A stretch of DNA of 64,000 nt from Dehalococcoidia bacterium (GCA_963666115.2 CAXXET010000008.1:176118-240117), one strand, 5' to 3'. Numbered from the stretch's first letter, positions 32,033 to 42,480 are shown. A program made the numbers and translations. Notes: generated from the letters alone by a model not told the origin.

Positions 32033-33145
32033 CTAGTGCGCCTCCTCCCCGTGACCCTCACTCCCGTGGTGCGTAACGGCAAGAATCCCGAAGATCAGCG
32101 TCAAAATCGCGAAGATGAACGCCTGAATGATACCGAAGAACACTTCCATGAAGAACACGCCCACCACGAACGTCAGCGGCACGAAGAACGACATCATCAG
32201 GATCAAAATCTCACCCGCGAACACGTTTCCGAACAGCCGGAACGTAAAGCTCAGCAGCCGCACAAGCTCCGAGATCAGGTCCACGAACCCCACGAAGATG
32301 TCGATCAGCCCGAACGGGATGTCCCCCTTCAAAAGCCGCCCAAAGTTGAAGAACTTGCCAAGATAGGCGAACAGCCCCAGGCTCGTCACCCCCCAGAACT
32401 CCACGAAGATGAAGCTCCACACCGCGATGGCGAACGGCGTGTTCACGTCCGTATTGGCGGGCCGCAGCATCGGCACCAGGTGCCCCGCGTTCAACTCGGG
32501 ATTGTTCGCGTGGAACTCCTCCCACTGGTCGCCGTAGATGTCGTACTTCGTCGTCGTCTTGCCGTCCAGCTCATACTCAAAGCCGCCAATGGGATAGTTG
32601 TTGTTGGCGTCCAGCACGTACAGGTGCAGGTCGGCCAGCTTCTTGTCCAGCTCCGCCCCGGAATACTTCTCCTCGTAGTGGTGAACCTCCTCCTCGGCGG
32701 ACACCACCGTGTAGATGGTGCCCGTGCCGGGGATGAAGCCCAGCAGGTTCGCCGCCGCAACGAACAGGAAGATGGTCGCCACGACCGGGAAGAACCGCCG
32801 CCCGTTCACCGCCCCCGCCGCGGACTGGCACAGGTTCAGCAGCCCCTCGACGACGGCCTCCGCCAGCGCCTGCATCCGTCCCGGCACGACGCTCATCTTG
32901 CGCGTGGCGATGTAGGCGAGGATGAGCACCGCGGCCATGCCGATCCACTGCTGGATCACCGTGGAGCGAACCGGGTAGCCGTCCTCAAAGCCGGGAATCG
33001 GCAGCGTGATCGGAATGGTGATAAACGGGTCGATCTGGAGGGGCGGAATCTCCAGCGGCCCCTTCAGGTACAGCAGCCCGAAGACGGTTAAAAGGAGCGC
33101 GGCGATGATGCTGAACAGCACACGAGGCCGCGCAAGCAGACTCAC
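32033..33145 (-). CDS. atpB: ATP synthase subunit a (long form)
   Basis: SFTFRLFGN.FAGE, IQAFIF.ILT. Confidence 0.95.
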   Translation of the reverse strand: MSLLARPRVLFSIIAALLLTVFGLLYLKGPLEIPPLQIDPFITIPITLPIPGFEDGYPVRSTVIQQWIGMAAVLILAYIATRKMSVVPGRMQALAEAVVEGLLNLCQSAAGAVNGRRFFPVVATIFLFVAAANLLGFIPGTGTIYTVVSAEEEVHHYEEKYSGAELDKKLADLHLYVLDANNNYPIGGFEYELDGKTTTKYDIYGDQWEEFHANNPELNAGHLVPMLRPANTDVNTPFAIAVWSFIFVEFWGVTSLGLFAYLGKFFNFGRLLKGDIPFGLIDIFVGFVDLISELVRLLSFTFRLFGNVFAGEILILMMSFFVPLTFVVGVFFMEVFFGIIQAFIFAILTLIFGILAVTHHGSEGHGEEAH

Positions 33146-33414
33146 TCGTCGTTATCCTTTCGCGTGGGACGCGGCGACAAAAGCGGCGCAGCCATCCGGT
33201 ACGCCCCCAAAGCCGCCGTAATCAACCCCAACCCCACTCCCAGTAGCGTGAATAGCGGCGTCACCCCAAGGCGGCCATCCAGCCAGACCCCGCCCAGCAC
33301 GCCCAGAAGGATGCAGGCGGCGACGTACCATCCGAGGCCAAGCAGCCGCGCTGCGACGTGCATGGCCCTGCTGCCGGTTAACCGCGACATGACACCGCTT
33401 GCGAAACGTACCAC
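33142..33414 (-). CDS. AtpZ/AtpI-like first gene of atp operon; start uncertain
   Basis: G.LGG.WLD..LG..P.F.LLG..LG pattern. Confidence 0.75.
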   Translation of the reverse strand: MVRFASGVMSRLTGSRAMHVAARLLGLGWYVAACILLGVLGGVWLDGRLGVTPLFTLLGVGLGLITAALGAYRMAAPLLSPRPTRKDNDE

Positions 33415-33459
33415 ACCCCCATAACCGCGTCAATCAGCAGGCGAGGGCAGGCCGGAGTC

Positions 33460-34092
33460 CTACTCCTTCCGCTGCTCGCCCTCGAGATCCATGTTGATCT
33501 CCTCAACCGCGTCGCTGAACGCCGACATCTTCCGCGCCTCCGCATCGGACACCCCGGACTCCCCGTCCCCCTCCAGGTTCAGCTCCTCCACGAAATCCCG
33601 GAACGCCGACAGCTTCCGAAGCTCCTCTTCGGTCACCTCCCGATGCCCGCCCCCTTCCGCGTCCCGCGCAAACACGTAGTCCCCCGTGTCCGAATTGATG
33701 AGCACCCCCGCCTCGTTCAGCACCTCGTCCGCCGCGTAGATGGGAACCTCCGCCCGCACCGCCAGCGCGACCGCGTCGCTCGGACGGCAATCAATCTCAA
33801 TGTCGTTCTCGCCGTGCCGCGCGACAATCGTCGCGAAAAACGTATCGTCCTTCAGGTCGGAGATGAGGATATGGCGAATCTCCCCGCCAAGCTGCGGGAT
33901 CACCGTATTCAAAAGATCGTGCGTCAGCGGGCGCGGCACGCGAACGTTCTGCATCCTGATCGCGATGGATTCGGCCTCCGCAGGGCCGATCCAGATGATC
34001 AGCCGCCGTTCCGCCTCTTTCTCCTTGAGAATCACGACGCGCTGATAGCTGTTGAGGCTCACGCCGATCCTGTCGATTGTCATCTCGATCAT
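33460..34092 (-). CDS. bifunctional nuclease (DUF151) family
   Basis: IWIG.AEA, RPLTHDL, DCRPSDAVALA. Confidence 0.9.
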   Translation of the reverse strand: MIEMTIDRIGVSLNSYQRVVILKEKEAERRLIIWIGPAEAESIAIRMQNVRVPRPLTHDLLNTVIPQLGGEIRHILISDLKDDTFFATIVARHGENDIEIDCRPSDAVALAVRAEVPIYAADEVLNEAGVLINSDTGDYVFARDAEGGGHREVTEEELRKLSAFRDFVEELNLEGDGESGVSDAEARKMSAFSDAVEEINMDLEGEQRKE

Positions 34093-34167
34093 GCGGCCCA
34101 CCTCCCTCCCTCCCCGGATTCCCAATTGTACGCCCCCAACCCAACACGGACAATCACAACCCCCTCC

Positions 34168-34192
34168 GTCATTCCGGCGAAGGCCGGAATCC
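34168..34192 (+). repeat. REP-like palindrome
   Basis: GTCATTCCGGCGAAGGCCGGAATCC. Confidence 0.85.
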
Positions 34193-34202
34193 ATCGCCCC
34201 CC

Positions 34203-36773
34203 TCACCCCGCCACCCTATACGTAGACCCCCCCTCCCCCTTCACCACGTCGATCCGCGTATCAAACTGGTTCCGTATATCGTCAATATGCGTGATGATCA
34301 AAATAAGCCCGTCGTGAAACACCGGATCGTTCCACAACGCCGAGATCGCCTCGATGAGCCGTTCCCGCCCCTCCGCGTCCTGGCTCCCGAAACCCTCGTC
34401 GATGAACAGCACCGGCACCTCCGACCCCGCCCGCCGCGCCAGCAGCTTGGACAGCGCGATCCGCAGCGCGAAGTTGATGCGGAACGCCTCCCCCCCGCTG
34501 TACATCTCATACGCCCGCGTCCCCTGGATGTCGGAGATGATCACCTCCAGCGTCTCCACCGTCGCGCCCGCCTGCGTCTGCCGCTGTGTCTCCAGCCGCA
34601 GCGTCATCGACCCGTTCGTCATCCGCCCCAGCAGATCGTTGGCGTCGTCCTCCAGTTCCGGCAGCGCCGTCTCGATGAGGAGCGCCTGCACCCCGCGCGG
34701 CCCAAACGCCACCGCAAGCTCATCGTGAATCGACGCGCGAGACCCCGACTCCCCCTCCTCCTCGCGCAGACGCCCCTTCTCCTCCCGCCGCTCCCCAAGC
34801 TGACGCAGAAGCGTCGCAACCCGAACCTCCTCCTGCTCCGCAGCGCGAATCTCCGATGACGCCGACTCCACAACGCCGGCGGCCTCCCCCGCCCGCGACA
34901 CCACATCATCCATCCCCGCCAAACCGCCCTCGAGTTCCGCCGCGCGCCCCTGCTGCGTCTCCAACGCGGCGATAGCGTTGCCTAGCCGCTCGCCCGCGTC
35001 GGCAAGCGCCGCCCTGTCCCTGTCCACACGCGCCGCGACGGCATCCAGTTCCCGCCGCTCCCCCTCCCAGTGCCGCAGGCCGTCCTCCCGCTCCTGCGCC
35101 GCGGCGTGCCCGTCCGCGTCATAGCCGAGTTCGTCGATTTGCGCCCGCACGTCGCGCAGCTCCTCGGATTCCTCCGGCAGTGCCGCAAGGCCGGCGCGTG
35201 CCTGTTCGAGGGCCGAGGCCGATTCCGGCAGACGCGCCGCCGCGTCCTCCGCCCGCTCCAGTTGCGCCCGGATCGAGCCCGCCTCCGCATCCACCCGCGA
35301 CGACTCCCCCCGCAGCGCCCCCTCCTCCCGCTCGATCTCCCCAACAAGCCCGTCATACGTCGCGCGAAGCGCCTTGCCGTCCGCTTCAATCCGCCCCATC
35401 TCCGACACAATCTCTGCCTTGCGTGTCTCGAAGTGGGCGCGGACGCGCTCCATCCCGTGCAGCCCCAACTCCGTGCCGCACACCGGGCACACCGCGTCCG
35501 AATCCCCGGTAACCACCGCCATCCGCGGCTCAAGCCCATCCCGTTCCGCCCGCAGCGCGCCCAGCGTCGCCCGCATCTCCCCAAGCCGACCGTTCGCGTC
35601 ATCCCGCTCAGCCCGCCGGCCCGCCAGCGCCTCCTCCCGACGCGCCAGCCCCGCCCGTTCCGCCGACACCGCCGTCAGCCGCTCCTGCAACACCGACGCC
35701 CCGTCCGCCTCCTTTAAAAGATCCGCGTGCTGACCGTCCCTAAGGGAAACCTCGTTCGCCAGTTGCGACCGCTGCTCGGCCACAATCTGCTCCAACCGCC
35801 CCCGCTCCGCGACGAGTTCCCCGTGCCGCCGAGCCCTACTGCCCATATCCGCCAGCATCGACCGCGCCGCCTCCAACTCCCCCCACCCAGCCTCGATATC
35901 CCCCCGCCGCCCCAGCATCGACTCCGCGCTTTCGACGGCCTCCCCCAGCTCATCCCGCCGCGCCCCCAGCCCGTCCGCCTCCTCTGATAGCTCCGTAATC
36001 CGAACCCGGACGCCGTCCAGTTCCCGCTGCCGGACCTCCAGTTCGACGACTCTGGCATTCAACTCGTCGCGCTGAACAGTCGCGGATTCCAGCCTCCCCC
36101 GCAGCCCGTCGAGGGCGGCGCCGATCTCCGACGCCTGCGAAGCAAGCCCCTCCTCTTGCTCAAGCTCGCGGTCGATCGCCGCAATCCGACCCCGCGCAAC
36201 CTCCTGCCGGTTGCGGTCGTCACGCGCCATCTCCCGCGCCCGCTGCGCGTACCCGTCATACACGGACAGGTTCAAAATCTCGCCCAAAATCCGCTTCCGC
36301 TCCGCCGGCCGCTGCGCCACGAACAGGTCGGCCCGCCCCTGCACCAGGAACGCCGAATTGATGAACGTGTCATAGTCCAGCCGGATCGTCTCAACCACCT
36401 TGCGCGTCGTCTCCCGCACCGTCGTCTCCGTCAGCGAACGCCACCCCCCGCCGTCCCGCATCTGGAAATCAAGCGTCGTATTCCCCCCGCTCCGGCGACG
36501 ACGGTGGCGACGCTCCACGCGGTAGTCCACCCCGTGCGACCGGAACTCCAACTGCACGCCCATGTCCGACATGCCCGCCGCCACGAGCTGGTCAGCCGAC
36601 GCCCCCGCCCGCGAACGCCCCCACAACGCCCACGTGATCGCATCCAACAGCGACGATTTACCCGCCCCGTTCGCCCCGGACAGGCACGCGATGCCCAGCC
36701 CCTCCAGGACAAGCGGCGCCTGCCGCCCCCGGTAAGGCATGAAGTTCTCAACGGCCAACGACAGCGGCAGCAT
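34203..36773 (-). CDS. sbcC: SbcC/Rad50 SMC-family ATPase
   Basis: GANGAGKS, CPVCG zinc hook, YSGGE, LFIDEGFG, IITH. Confidence 0.92.
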   Translation of the reverse strand: MLPLSLAVENFMPYRGRQAPLVLEGLGIACLSGANGAGKSSLLDAITWALWGRSRAGASADQLVAAGMSDMGVQLEFRSHGVDYRVERRHRRRRSGGNTTLDFQMRDGGGWRSLTETTVRETTRKVVETIRLDYDTFINSAFLVQGRADLFVAQRPAERKRILGEILNLSVYDGYAQRAREMARDDRNRQEVARGRIAAIDRELEQEEGLASQASEIGAALDGLRGRLESATVQRDELNARVVELEVRQRELDGVRVRITELSEEADGLGARRDELGEAVESAESMLGRRGDIEAGWGELEAARSMLADMGSRARRHGELVAERGRLEQIVAEQRSQLANEVSLRDGQHADLLKEADGASVLQERLTAVSAERAGLARREEALAGRRAERDDANGRLGEMRATLGALRAERDGLEPRMAVVTGDSDAVCPVCGTELGLHGMERVRAHFETRKAEIVSEMGRIEADGKALRATYDGLVGEIEREEGALRGESSRVDAEAGSIRAQLERAEDAAARLPESASALEQARAGLAALPEESEELRDVRAQIDELGYDADGHAAAQEREDGLRHWEGERRELDAVAARVDRDRAALADAGERLGNAIAALETQQGRAAELEGGLAGMDDVVSRAGEAAGVVESASSEIRAAEQEEVRVATLLRQLGERREEKGRLREEEGESGSRASIHDELAVAFGPRGVQALLIETALPELEDDANDLLGRMTNGSMTLRLETQRQTQAGATVETLEVIISDIQGTRAYEMYSGGEAFRINFALRIALSKLLARRAGSEVPVLFIDEGFGSQDAEGRERLIEAISALWNDPVFHDGLILIITHIDDIRNQFDTRIDVVKGEGGSTYRVAG

Positions 36774-36792
36774 CGTATAACCCCGCGCGCCC

Positions 36793-38133
36793 CTACGCCA
36801 CGACGACGGCCTGCCCGCCCCGCCCCGCGTGAACGATGTGCCGCGCCCCAATCCGCCGTATCATCGCGGTCATCTCATCAAACGTCGCGTGCCCGTTGTC
36901 ATACGCGGGAATACGAACGCTCCCCGCCGCCCCGACAGCCTCCACAACGTCCGACTCCCCCCCCGAAGCCCGCAAAATATACTCCCCCCCGTTCGCCCTC
37001 AGTTCCCCCGGCGAAACCAAAATAGACGCGCACCGCCGGCGCGCATCCTCCCGCCACTGCTGAGCCTCCCCATCCGCCGGGGGCATATCCAAAACCCGCA
37101 GCGTGCCGACCTCATCCAGCGCAGGAAACTGACGCCAAACGATCCCCAGGGCATGAATCATATGCGCGTCCCGCAGCGACAGCACAACCTTCCGCCCGGT
37201 CCTCTCCGCGATATAGATGAAAGTCAAAAACCGCTCAATATCCACCACGTCAAAATCCGCAACCACGAGCCCCCCCCGGCCCCGCACCGCATCCATGACA
37301 AGCCCAAAAACATCCCCCTCAGTCAAAACCGAACCCCCCGCCTCCGTTTCCACCCCCCCCACACTCAACGCCGAAACACCGCGCTCCCCATGCGCCCCCC
37401 CCACAATCAACGCCAAAAGCCCCAGTTCCGAAAACCCCTCCATAAACTCCTCCATCAAGCCAGGCTGCTGCCCATGAAACCGGACCCCCCCCACATACCC
37501 CACCCACCCATCCGACGTCTCAACCGCAAAAGCAGAAGCCCCAAGAACAGAATGATCAACAGGAAAATGCCGCACCCCCCGCCCATTCAGCGCCCGCTCT
37601 CGAAACTGAGGCATAGTGCGCGCCGACACGACCGCCTCCTGCATGAGCGCCGCGCTATGCCGGGGCGGCTGCCGCCACCAATCATGCACCTCAGAAAAAG
37701 TATCGAGTGGCTCTCCAACAGCACGCGCCGAATCATTCTGCGTAAGCAAAAACGTATAAGGACGCTGCCGCCAAGTCCGCGCCAGCGGACTCCCGGACAC
37801 CCCCCCGCCCAGCGAACTCTCAGACCGCCCCCCGGCCAGCGAGTACACATACTCATGATCACGCCCAGGCGGCGCAGCCTCCTGAGCCGCCTTAAGAATG
37901 GCAGCAGTAATCACACTAGCGTAGATAGGCGTCTCCCGCGCCAAATAAGGAATCCCCGCCGTGGACTCCCCATGAGCATGGCTAACCAAAACCCCATCGA
38001 TAGGCAGCCGAAGGCCATCGACCGCCGCCGCATCCCCACAATCAAACAAAAACGCCCCGAAGTCATCCTCAACCAACACCCGGACAGCGCCCCGCGCGTC
38101 CCTATGCCCCTCCGTCGTAATCCTAACTCCCAC
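36793..38133 (-). CDS. divergent metallo-beta-lactamase / RNase J-like protein, probably catalytically altered; start uncertain
   Basis: LFDCG, SHAHGEST, VDHSVLG, YVGGVRFHG, GHA; several metal ligands non-canonical. Confidence 0.6.
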   Translation of the reverse strand: MGVRITTEGHRDARGAVRVLVEDDFGAFLFDCGDAAAVDGLRLPIDGVLVSHAHGESTAGIPYLARETPIYASVITAAILKAAQEAAPPGRDHEYVYSLAGGRSESSLGGGVSGSPLARTWRQRPYTFLLTQNDSARAVGEPLDTFSEVHDWWRQPPRHSAALMQEAVVSARTMPQFRERALNGRGVRHFPVDHSVLGASAFAVETSDGWVGYVGGVRFHGQQPGLMEEFMEGFSELGLLALIVGGAHGERGVSALSVGGVETEAGGSVLTEGDVFGLVMDAVRGRGGLVVADFDVVDIERFLTFIYIAERTGRKVVLSLRDAHMIHALGIVWRQFPALDEVGTLRVLDMPPADGEAQQWREDARRRCASILVSPGELRANGGEYILRASGGESDVVEAVGAAGSVRIPAYDNGHATFDEMTAMIRRIGARHIVHAGRGGQAVVVA

Positions 38134-38149
38134 AGAATCCCCCCCCACC

Positions 38150-38222
38150 TTACATTCTGAGGGGCGCAGCCCCGAAGAATCAAAAGACGCCCCCCCCTTT
38201 CCCCGCAAAACCGGGAATCCAG
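38150..38222 (+). repeat. composite palindromic repeat (TTACATTCTGAGGGGCGCAGCCCCGAAGAATC plus second hairpin)
   Basis: Same 32-mer at 40001 and 41114. Confidence 0.85.
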
Positions 38223-38319
38223 CCCCCCCCTTGCATCACTAGGCGGATTTGGTGCGGCGTGCTGCGCGCCGTATACTTTGCCCCAACGCAAGCAAGAGCA
38301 CACGCGGGGAGGTCGACCG

Positions 38320-39992
38320 GTGAGCGGACACGTGCGCCTGATCCTTTTCGCCCTGCTAGCCCTCCTCCTCGCCGCAGCAACCGCCTGCGGTGCCGCTGAA
38401 GAAGACGAGTCCTACGACGATTCCTACGCCGCGCCCGCCCCCACCCCCATGGCCATCACCGGCTCCGACGCCTCATTCACCACGAATGACGACCGCCAGG
38501 TCGACGCAACGGCCGGCGAGGACCCCCGCCGCGTCCGTCGACGCCGCTGCATCCAACACCGACCTCGCCTCCGGCTACCCCCCCCGTCTCCGCCCAAAAC
38601 CGCCTCATCGTCCGCATCGTCGATATTGACCCTGGAGGTCGATGACGTCTCCGAGCGCATGGACGACGTTGCCGCCATCGCCGCCCGCCGCAGCGGCTGG
38701 GTCGTCGCCGAATCGCGCTACAGCAAAGCACGCCGGCAGCATCTCGATTCGCGTGCCCAGCGCCCAGCTCGACGCCGCCGTCCGTGACATCTCCGCCCTC
38801 GGCCTCGACGTTCCTCTCCCTCTCATCCACCAGCCAGGACGTGACCGAGGAGTACTTCGACCTGCAGGCGCGCATCGCCAATCTCAACGTCACCCGCGAC
38901 GCCCTCCGCGAGCTGCTCAAGCGCGAAGGAGAGCTTGAGGACATCCTGAAAGTGCAGCAGGAAATCACCCGCATCAGCGAGGAGATCGAAGTCCTGGAGG
39001 GCCGCAAGCGCTACCTGGAGCAGACCTCCGCAACCTCCCTCATCAACGTCTCCCTCTCCCTCGTCGCGGCGGAAATGGCCGTCAACGCCGGGCCTGACCT
39101 GCAGGGCGTCGAATGGCGCAACCTCGTCTTCCGCGCCACCTTCACCCCCCCGGATGACATCGAAGACTTTGAGTATTGGTGGGACTTTGGCGATGGCGCG
39201 AACTCCGGCGTCCGCACCGGCACGGCCCAAACCGAAACGCCCGGAGAGCGCATCACCGAGACCGTCCGCCACGCCTACGAATCCGCCGACGAATCCCCCT
39301 ACTTCGTCACGCTGACCCTGCGCGGCACGGGCGACGCGGGCGTCGTCGAAGCCGAGGACGCCATCAAGGTCATCGTCTCCCGCGTCCCCACCATCGTCGT
39401 CTCAACGGATTCCAGCGCCACGATCCGCGCGGGTGACGAGGTCACGCTGACCGGAACGTTCACCCGCCCGGTGGACGTGTCCAACCTCACCTATGAATGG
39501 AACTTCGGCGACGGTCTCGCCCCGCAGACGGGCAGCATCGACGACGGCCAAACGGAAGTCACCGTCACCCACGAATACTCCATCGACCGCTATGAGCCCT
39601 ACGCCGCCCAGTTCATCATCAGGGGCGAAACGTCCTTCGGCGCCCCGGTGGAATCCTCCTCCACAGTGCAGGTGTACGTGGAGCCGGGCTCGGACTGGGT
39701 CATCGGATTCCTCGACATCCCCGAAACCGCCCGCGCCGCCACCCGCGTCCTCAGCGTCATCGGCCAGGCCCTCGTCGTCGCCCTCATCTGGGTAGTCCTG
39801 CTAAGCCCGGTATGGGGCGTAATCGCCGCCCTAATCTGGTTCCTCCGCCGCCGAACCCCAATCGGAACCCCCTCCCGCCCAGCTTCCTGGCAAGAAACCG
39901 CCGAAGAAAATACCGAACCGGAAGAACCTGCCCCGGAGCCGGAAGCCCCCAGCGTCGACAACGAGGACAAGAACAACGAATCGCCGCGTTAG
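38320..39992 (+). CDS. DUF4349 + PKD-domain lipoprotein with apparent frameshifts at about 38520-38815
   Basis: ATAC lipobox; pieces in different frames (RLIVR, TLEVDD, ISIRVPS, DVTEEYFDL); two W.FGDG PKD motifs; C-terminal TM. Confidence 0.75.
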
Positions 39993-40000
39993 CCCCCCCA

Positions 40001-40214
40001 TTACATTCTGAGGGGCGCAGCCCCGAAGAATCCAAAAACGCCCCTAGCCGCCTAACCCCCCGATCCCCGTCGAAGCGCGCCCCCCTCCGTCATTCCCGCC
40101 CCCCCTCCGTCATTCCCGCGAAAGCGGGAATCTGAATCCCACAATGCCAACCAAACCCCGTACCGCCGCCCCCCCGGCCCACCCCAACCGTCATTCTGAG
40201 CGCAGCGAAGAATC
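40001..40214 (+). repeat. composite REP-like repeat cluster
   Basis: Several palindrome types; 40065..40171 similar to 42316..42402. Confidence 0.85.
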
Positions 40215-40248
40215 CACCGACGCCCCCAGGACACCATTCGCCGGGTGC

Positions 40249-40974
40249 TCAGATCCCAAGTGTCGCCTCCGCGAGAACATCCAAAACACGAGGTAGCGTT
40301 GCTATGGGAGATACTACGACCAAGTTGAGGATGAAAATTCCGATATAGAACCAAGTTACAACAATAGACCAGATCATGACCTTTCGGGCTAACGCGCCCA
40401 AATCCGCAGGAAGAGTATAGGAGGAGATTGCCCCATCAACGTCAAGCTGCCAAGGAAGCGCGACGGATTGCCATGTGTGTCGCAGATCTTTGATAAGCAT
40501 CCAATAGAGCCGACCGCCGACCAAAATGCTTATAAGAGCGGCGCCCAGATCAGGAGACGGATTGCTAAGACCGACCAAACTTAACGCATCAAAGGAAAAC
40601 GCGATCACTATGTCGGTAACGAAAAAGACTAGCAACATAGTGAAAGCAAGAAAGGGCCCCAGGACAGCTAGCGAAAACAGTGTGTAATATGTCGGACGCA
40701 ATAAGGTTTTTGCCTCCATTGAACCGTTAGCCACAAAGTAGACATATAGCCAGGGGATGAACATTCGAATGGAGGAGGATGCGCCCGCGGCCAGGCCTTT
40801 TTGAAAGCCGCCGGCCCGTGAGCGTAACAGCCAAGCAACAACAAGCGCACCGAAAGGCGCCCACAGAACCCCCAGTATCATCAGAAGGAGGGCTATGGCC
40901 AGGAAGAACAGCCCGGGTGCCAGCAAGTAGACGCCAATCATCTCCAGCCACGTCGTGACGCTGGAATACGTCAT
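40249..40974 (-). CDS. lower-GC multi-TM hypothetical protein
   Basis: Hydrophobic; F.PW.Y and LGP motifs shared with 41265..41897. Confidence 0.6.
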   Translation of the reverse strand: MTYSSVTTWLEMIGVYLLAPGLFFLAIALLLMILGVLWAPFGALVVAWLLRSRAGGFQKGLAAGASSSIRMFIPWLYVYFVANGSMEAKTLLRPTYYTLFSLAVLGPFLAFTMLLVFFVTDIVIAFSFDALSLVGLSNPSPDLGAALISILVGGRLYWMLIKDLRHTWQSVALPWQLDVDGAISSYTLPADLGALARKVMIWSIVVTWFYIGIFILNLVVVSPIATLPRVLDVLAEATLGI

Positions 40975-41113
40975 GCTCGGCTAGCCTCGCGCATGATAAC
41001 GCTGATCCCCACCCCTCCCAGCGAAGTCCCGGCGATGATGCTCACCCCCTGCCCCCACTCAATAGCCGCAAGCATAGCCCCATATACACAAGGCAGCAAC
41101 ACGCCCCCCCCCA

Positions 41114-41214
41114 TTACATTCTGAGGGGCGCAGCCCCGAAGAATCCAAAGCCCCAATTGTGCAACCAACCCCCGTAAGCGCCGCCCCCCTTTTCCAACGC
41201 GCGCGAGAATCCAG
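41114..41214 (+). repeat. composite palindromic repeat
   Basis: Matches organisation of 38150..38222. Confidence 0.85.
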
Positions 41215-41264
41215 CCCCCCAGTGTAGCCGAGGCATTGGGAACGGGCGTCGCTGGGAGTGTCCA

Positions 41265-41897
41265 TCACCCGAAGTCCGCAAGAAACAAGAAGAAGACGGC
41301 CGCCATGACCGCAAGCACAACAAGGCTCAAAACGCTAAGCGCGGCGGACAGTCTATATGGACTGAGCGATAGCAGCGACACGTCAAAAGAGATCCGTGCA
41401 TCATTCGTCATGGCGTCCCCGTAGGCGCTCAGAGATTCTGACAAAGAACTCCTCCATGACCTGAAGAAAGCCCACGCCACGGCGGGGGCTATCAGAAGAG
41501 ACAGTATCGCGATGATGCCGTCGGTGGAACCAACGGGATCAGCAAACAATGTGACGAGGCTGAAAAGTGTGACGCCAATCCAGAGAAAGGGAGGACCCAG
41601 GAACCACATCCCATGAATAACCCATTGTCGGGATGGACGCACAAATCCCGTGTTCAGCTCAATATATTCGTTCTGGTACATATGGACCCACGGCAAGAAT
41701 GGCTGACTGATTACCCGCAGAAGCTGGTATGTCACGCCGATGCGTAGCGCGCCGTTGAACACCCCGAATCTGCTTTGCAGGAGGGAGAGTGGGATTAAGC
41801 CCAGCCCTAGCAGAGCCGACGCGATCAGAAGGAGATGGAAAGCAAATGACACGTACATGAGTGCCGCCGGAACCATCCACCACTCAAATCCATCCAT
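41265..41897 (-). CDS. lower-GC multi-TM hypothetical protein
   Basis: AGGAG SD; FLPWV..Y and FLGP motifs. Confidence 0.6.
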   Translation of the reverse strand: MDGFEWWMVPAALMYVSFAFHLLLIASALLGLGLIPLSLLQSRFGVFNGALRIGVTYQLLRVISQPFLPWVHMYQNEYIELNTGFVRPSRQWVIHGMWFLGPPFLWIGVTLFSLVTLFADPVGSTDGIIAILSLLIAPAVAWAFFRSWRSSLSESLSAYGDAMTNDARISFDVSLLSLSPYRLSAALSVLSLVVLAVMAAVFFLFLADFG

Positions 41898-41922
41898 TGC
41901 TATGTCTCCTTAATCCCCCCCC

Positions 41923-42279
41923 TTAATACATAATCAACTCGCGCGGCACCAGCGTTTCCGCGCGAGGATCGACCGCCAGCGCAAACACTTCCAGCGTCAG
42001 CGCCCCCAGCAGCAGAGGCGAATTATCGTCTCCGAACGCGACGTATGTAATCAGACTCTGGTCGCCAATCGTGGCGACGGCGTACCCGATGTCGCGCTCG
42101 ATGCGCTGCCCGTTCGCGATCGTGAACTGCTGCCTGGCGACAGGCTCCACGCCGAGTTCTCGCAGCATCGGCGCAGGCAGCGTCGTCATGGACGCGCCCG
42201 TATCGACAAACGCGTCGATATCCATCCACCGCTCGCCATCGAGGTTCGCGATCCGCACCGGCCACGTAAACGTGCTCAT
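41923..42279 (-). CDS. retropepsin-like aspartyl protease
   Basis: VDTGA, ANG, LLGALTLE...AVDP. Confidence 0.85.
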   Translation of the reverse strand: MSTFTWPVRIANLDGERWMDIDAFVDTGASMTTLPAPMLRELGVEPVARQQFTIANGQRIERDIGYAVATIGDQSLITYVAFGDDNSPLLLGALTLEVFALAVDPRAETLVPRELIMY

Positions 42280-42313
42280 CCCAACCGCCTCCCCACCCAT
42301 TCTACCCCCCTCC

Positions 42314-42464
42314 GAGCCCCGTCGAAGCGTGCCCCACCTCCGTCATTCCCGCGCACGCGGGAATCTGAATCTCATAGTGCCAACCAAACCCCGTACCGCC
42401 GCCACACCCCCTCTTTTTTCCGCGAAAGCGGGAACCCAGATTCGCCCCCTGAGCCTGTCGAAGT
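42314..42464 (+). repeat. composite REP-like repeat cluster
   Basis: GTCATTCCCGCGCACGCGGGAATC, CCGCGAAAGCGGGAACCC, CTGAGCCTGTCGAAG. Confidence 0.8.
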
Positions 42465-42480
42465 CCCCCCCCCCCGCCCC

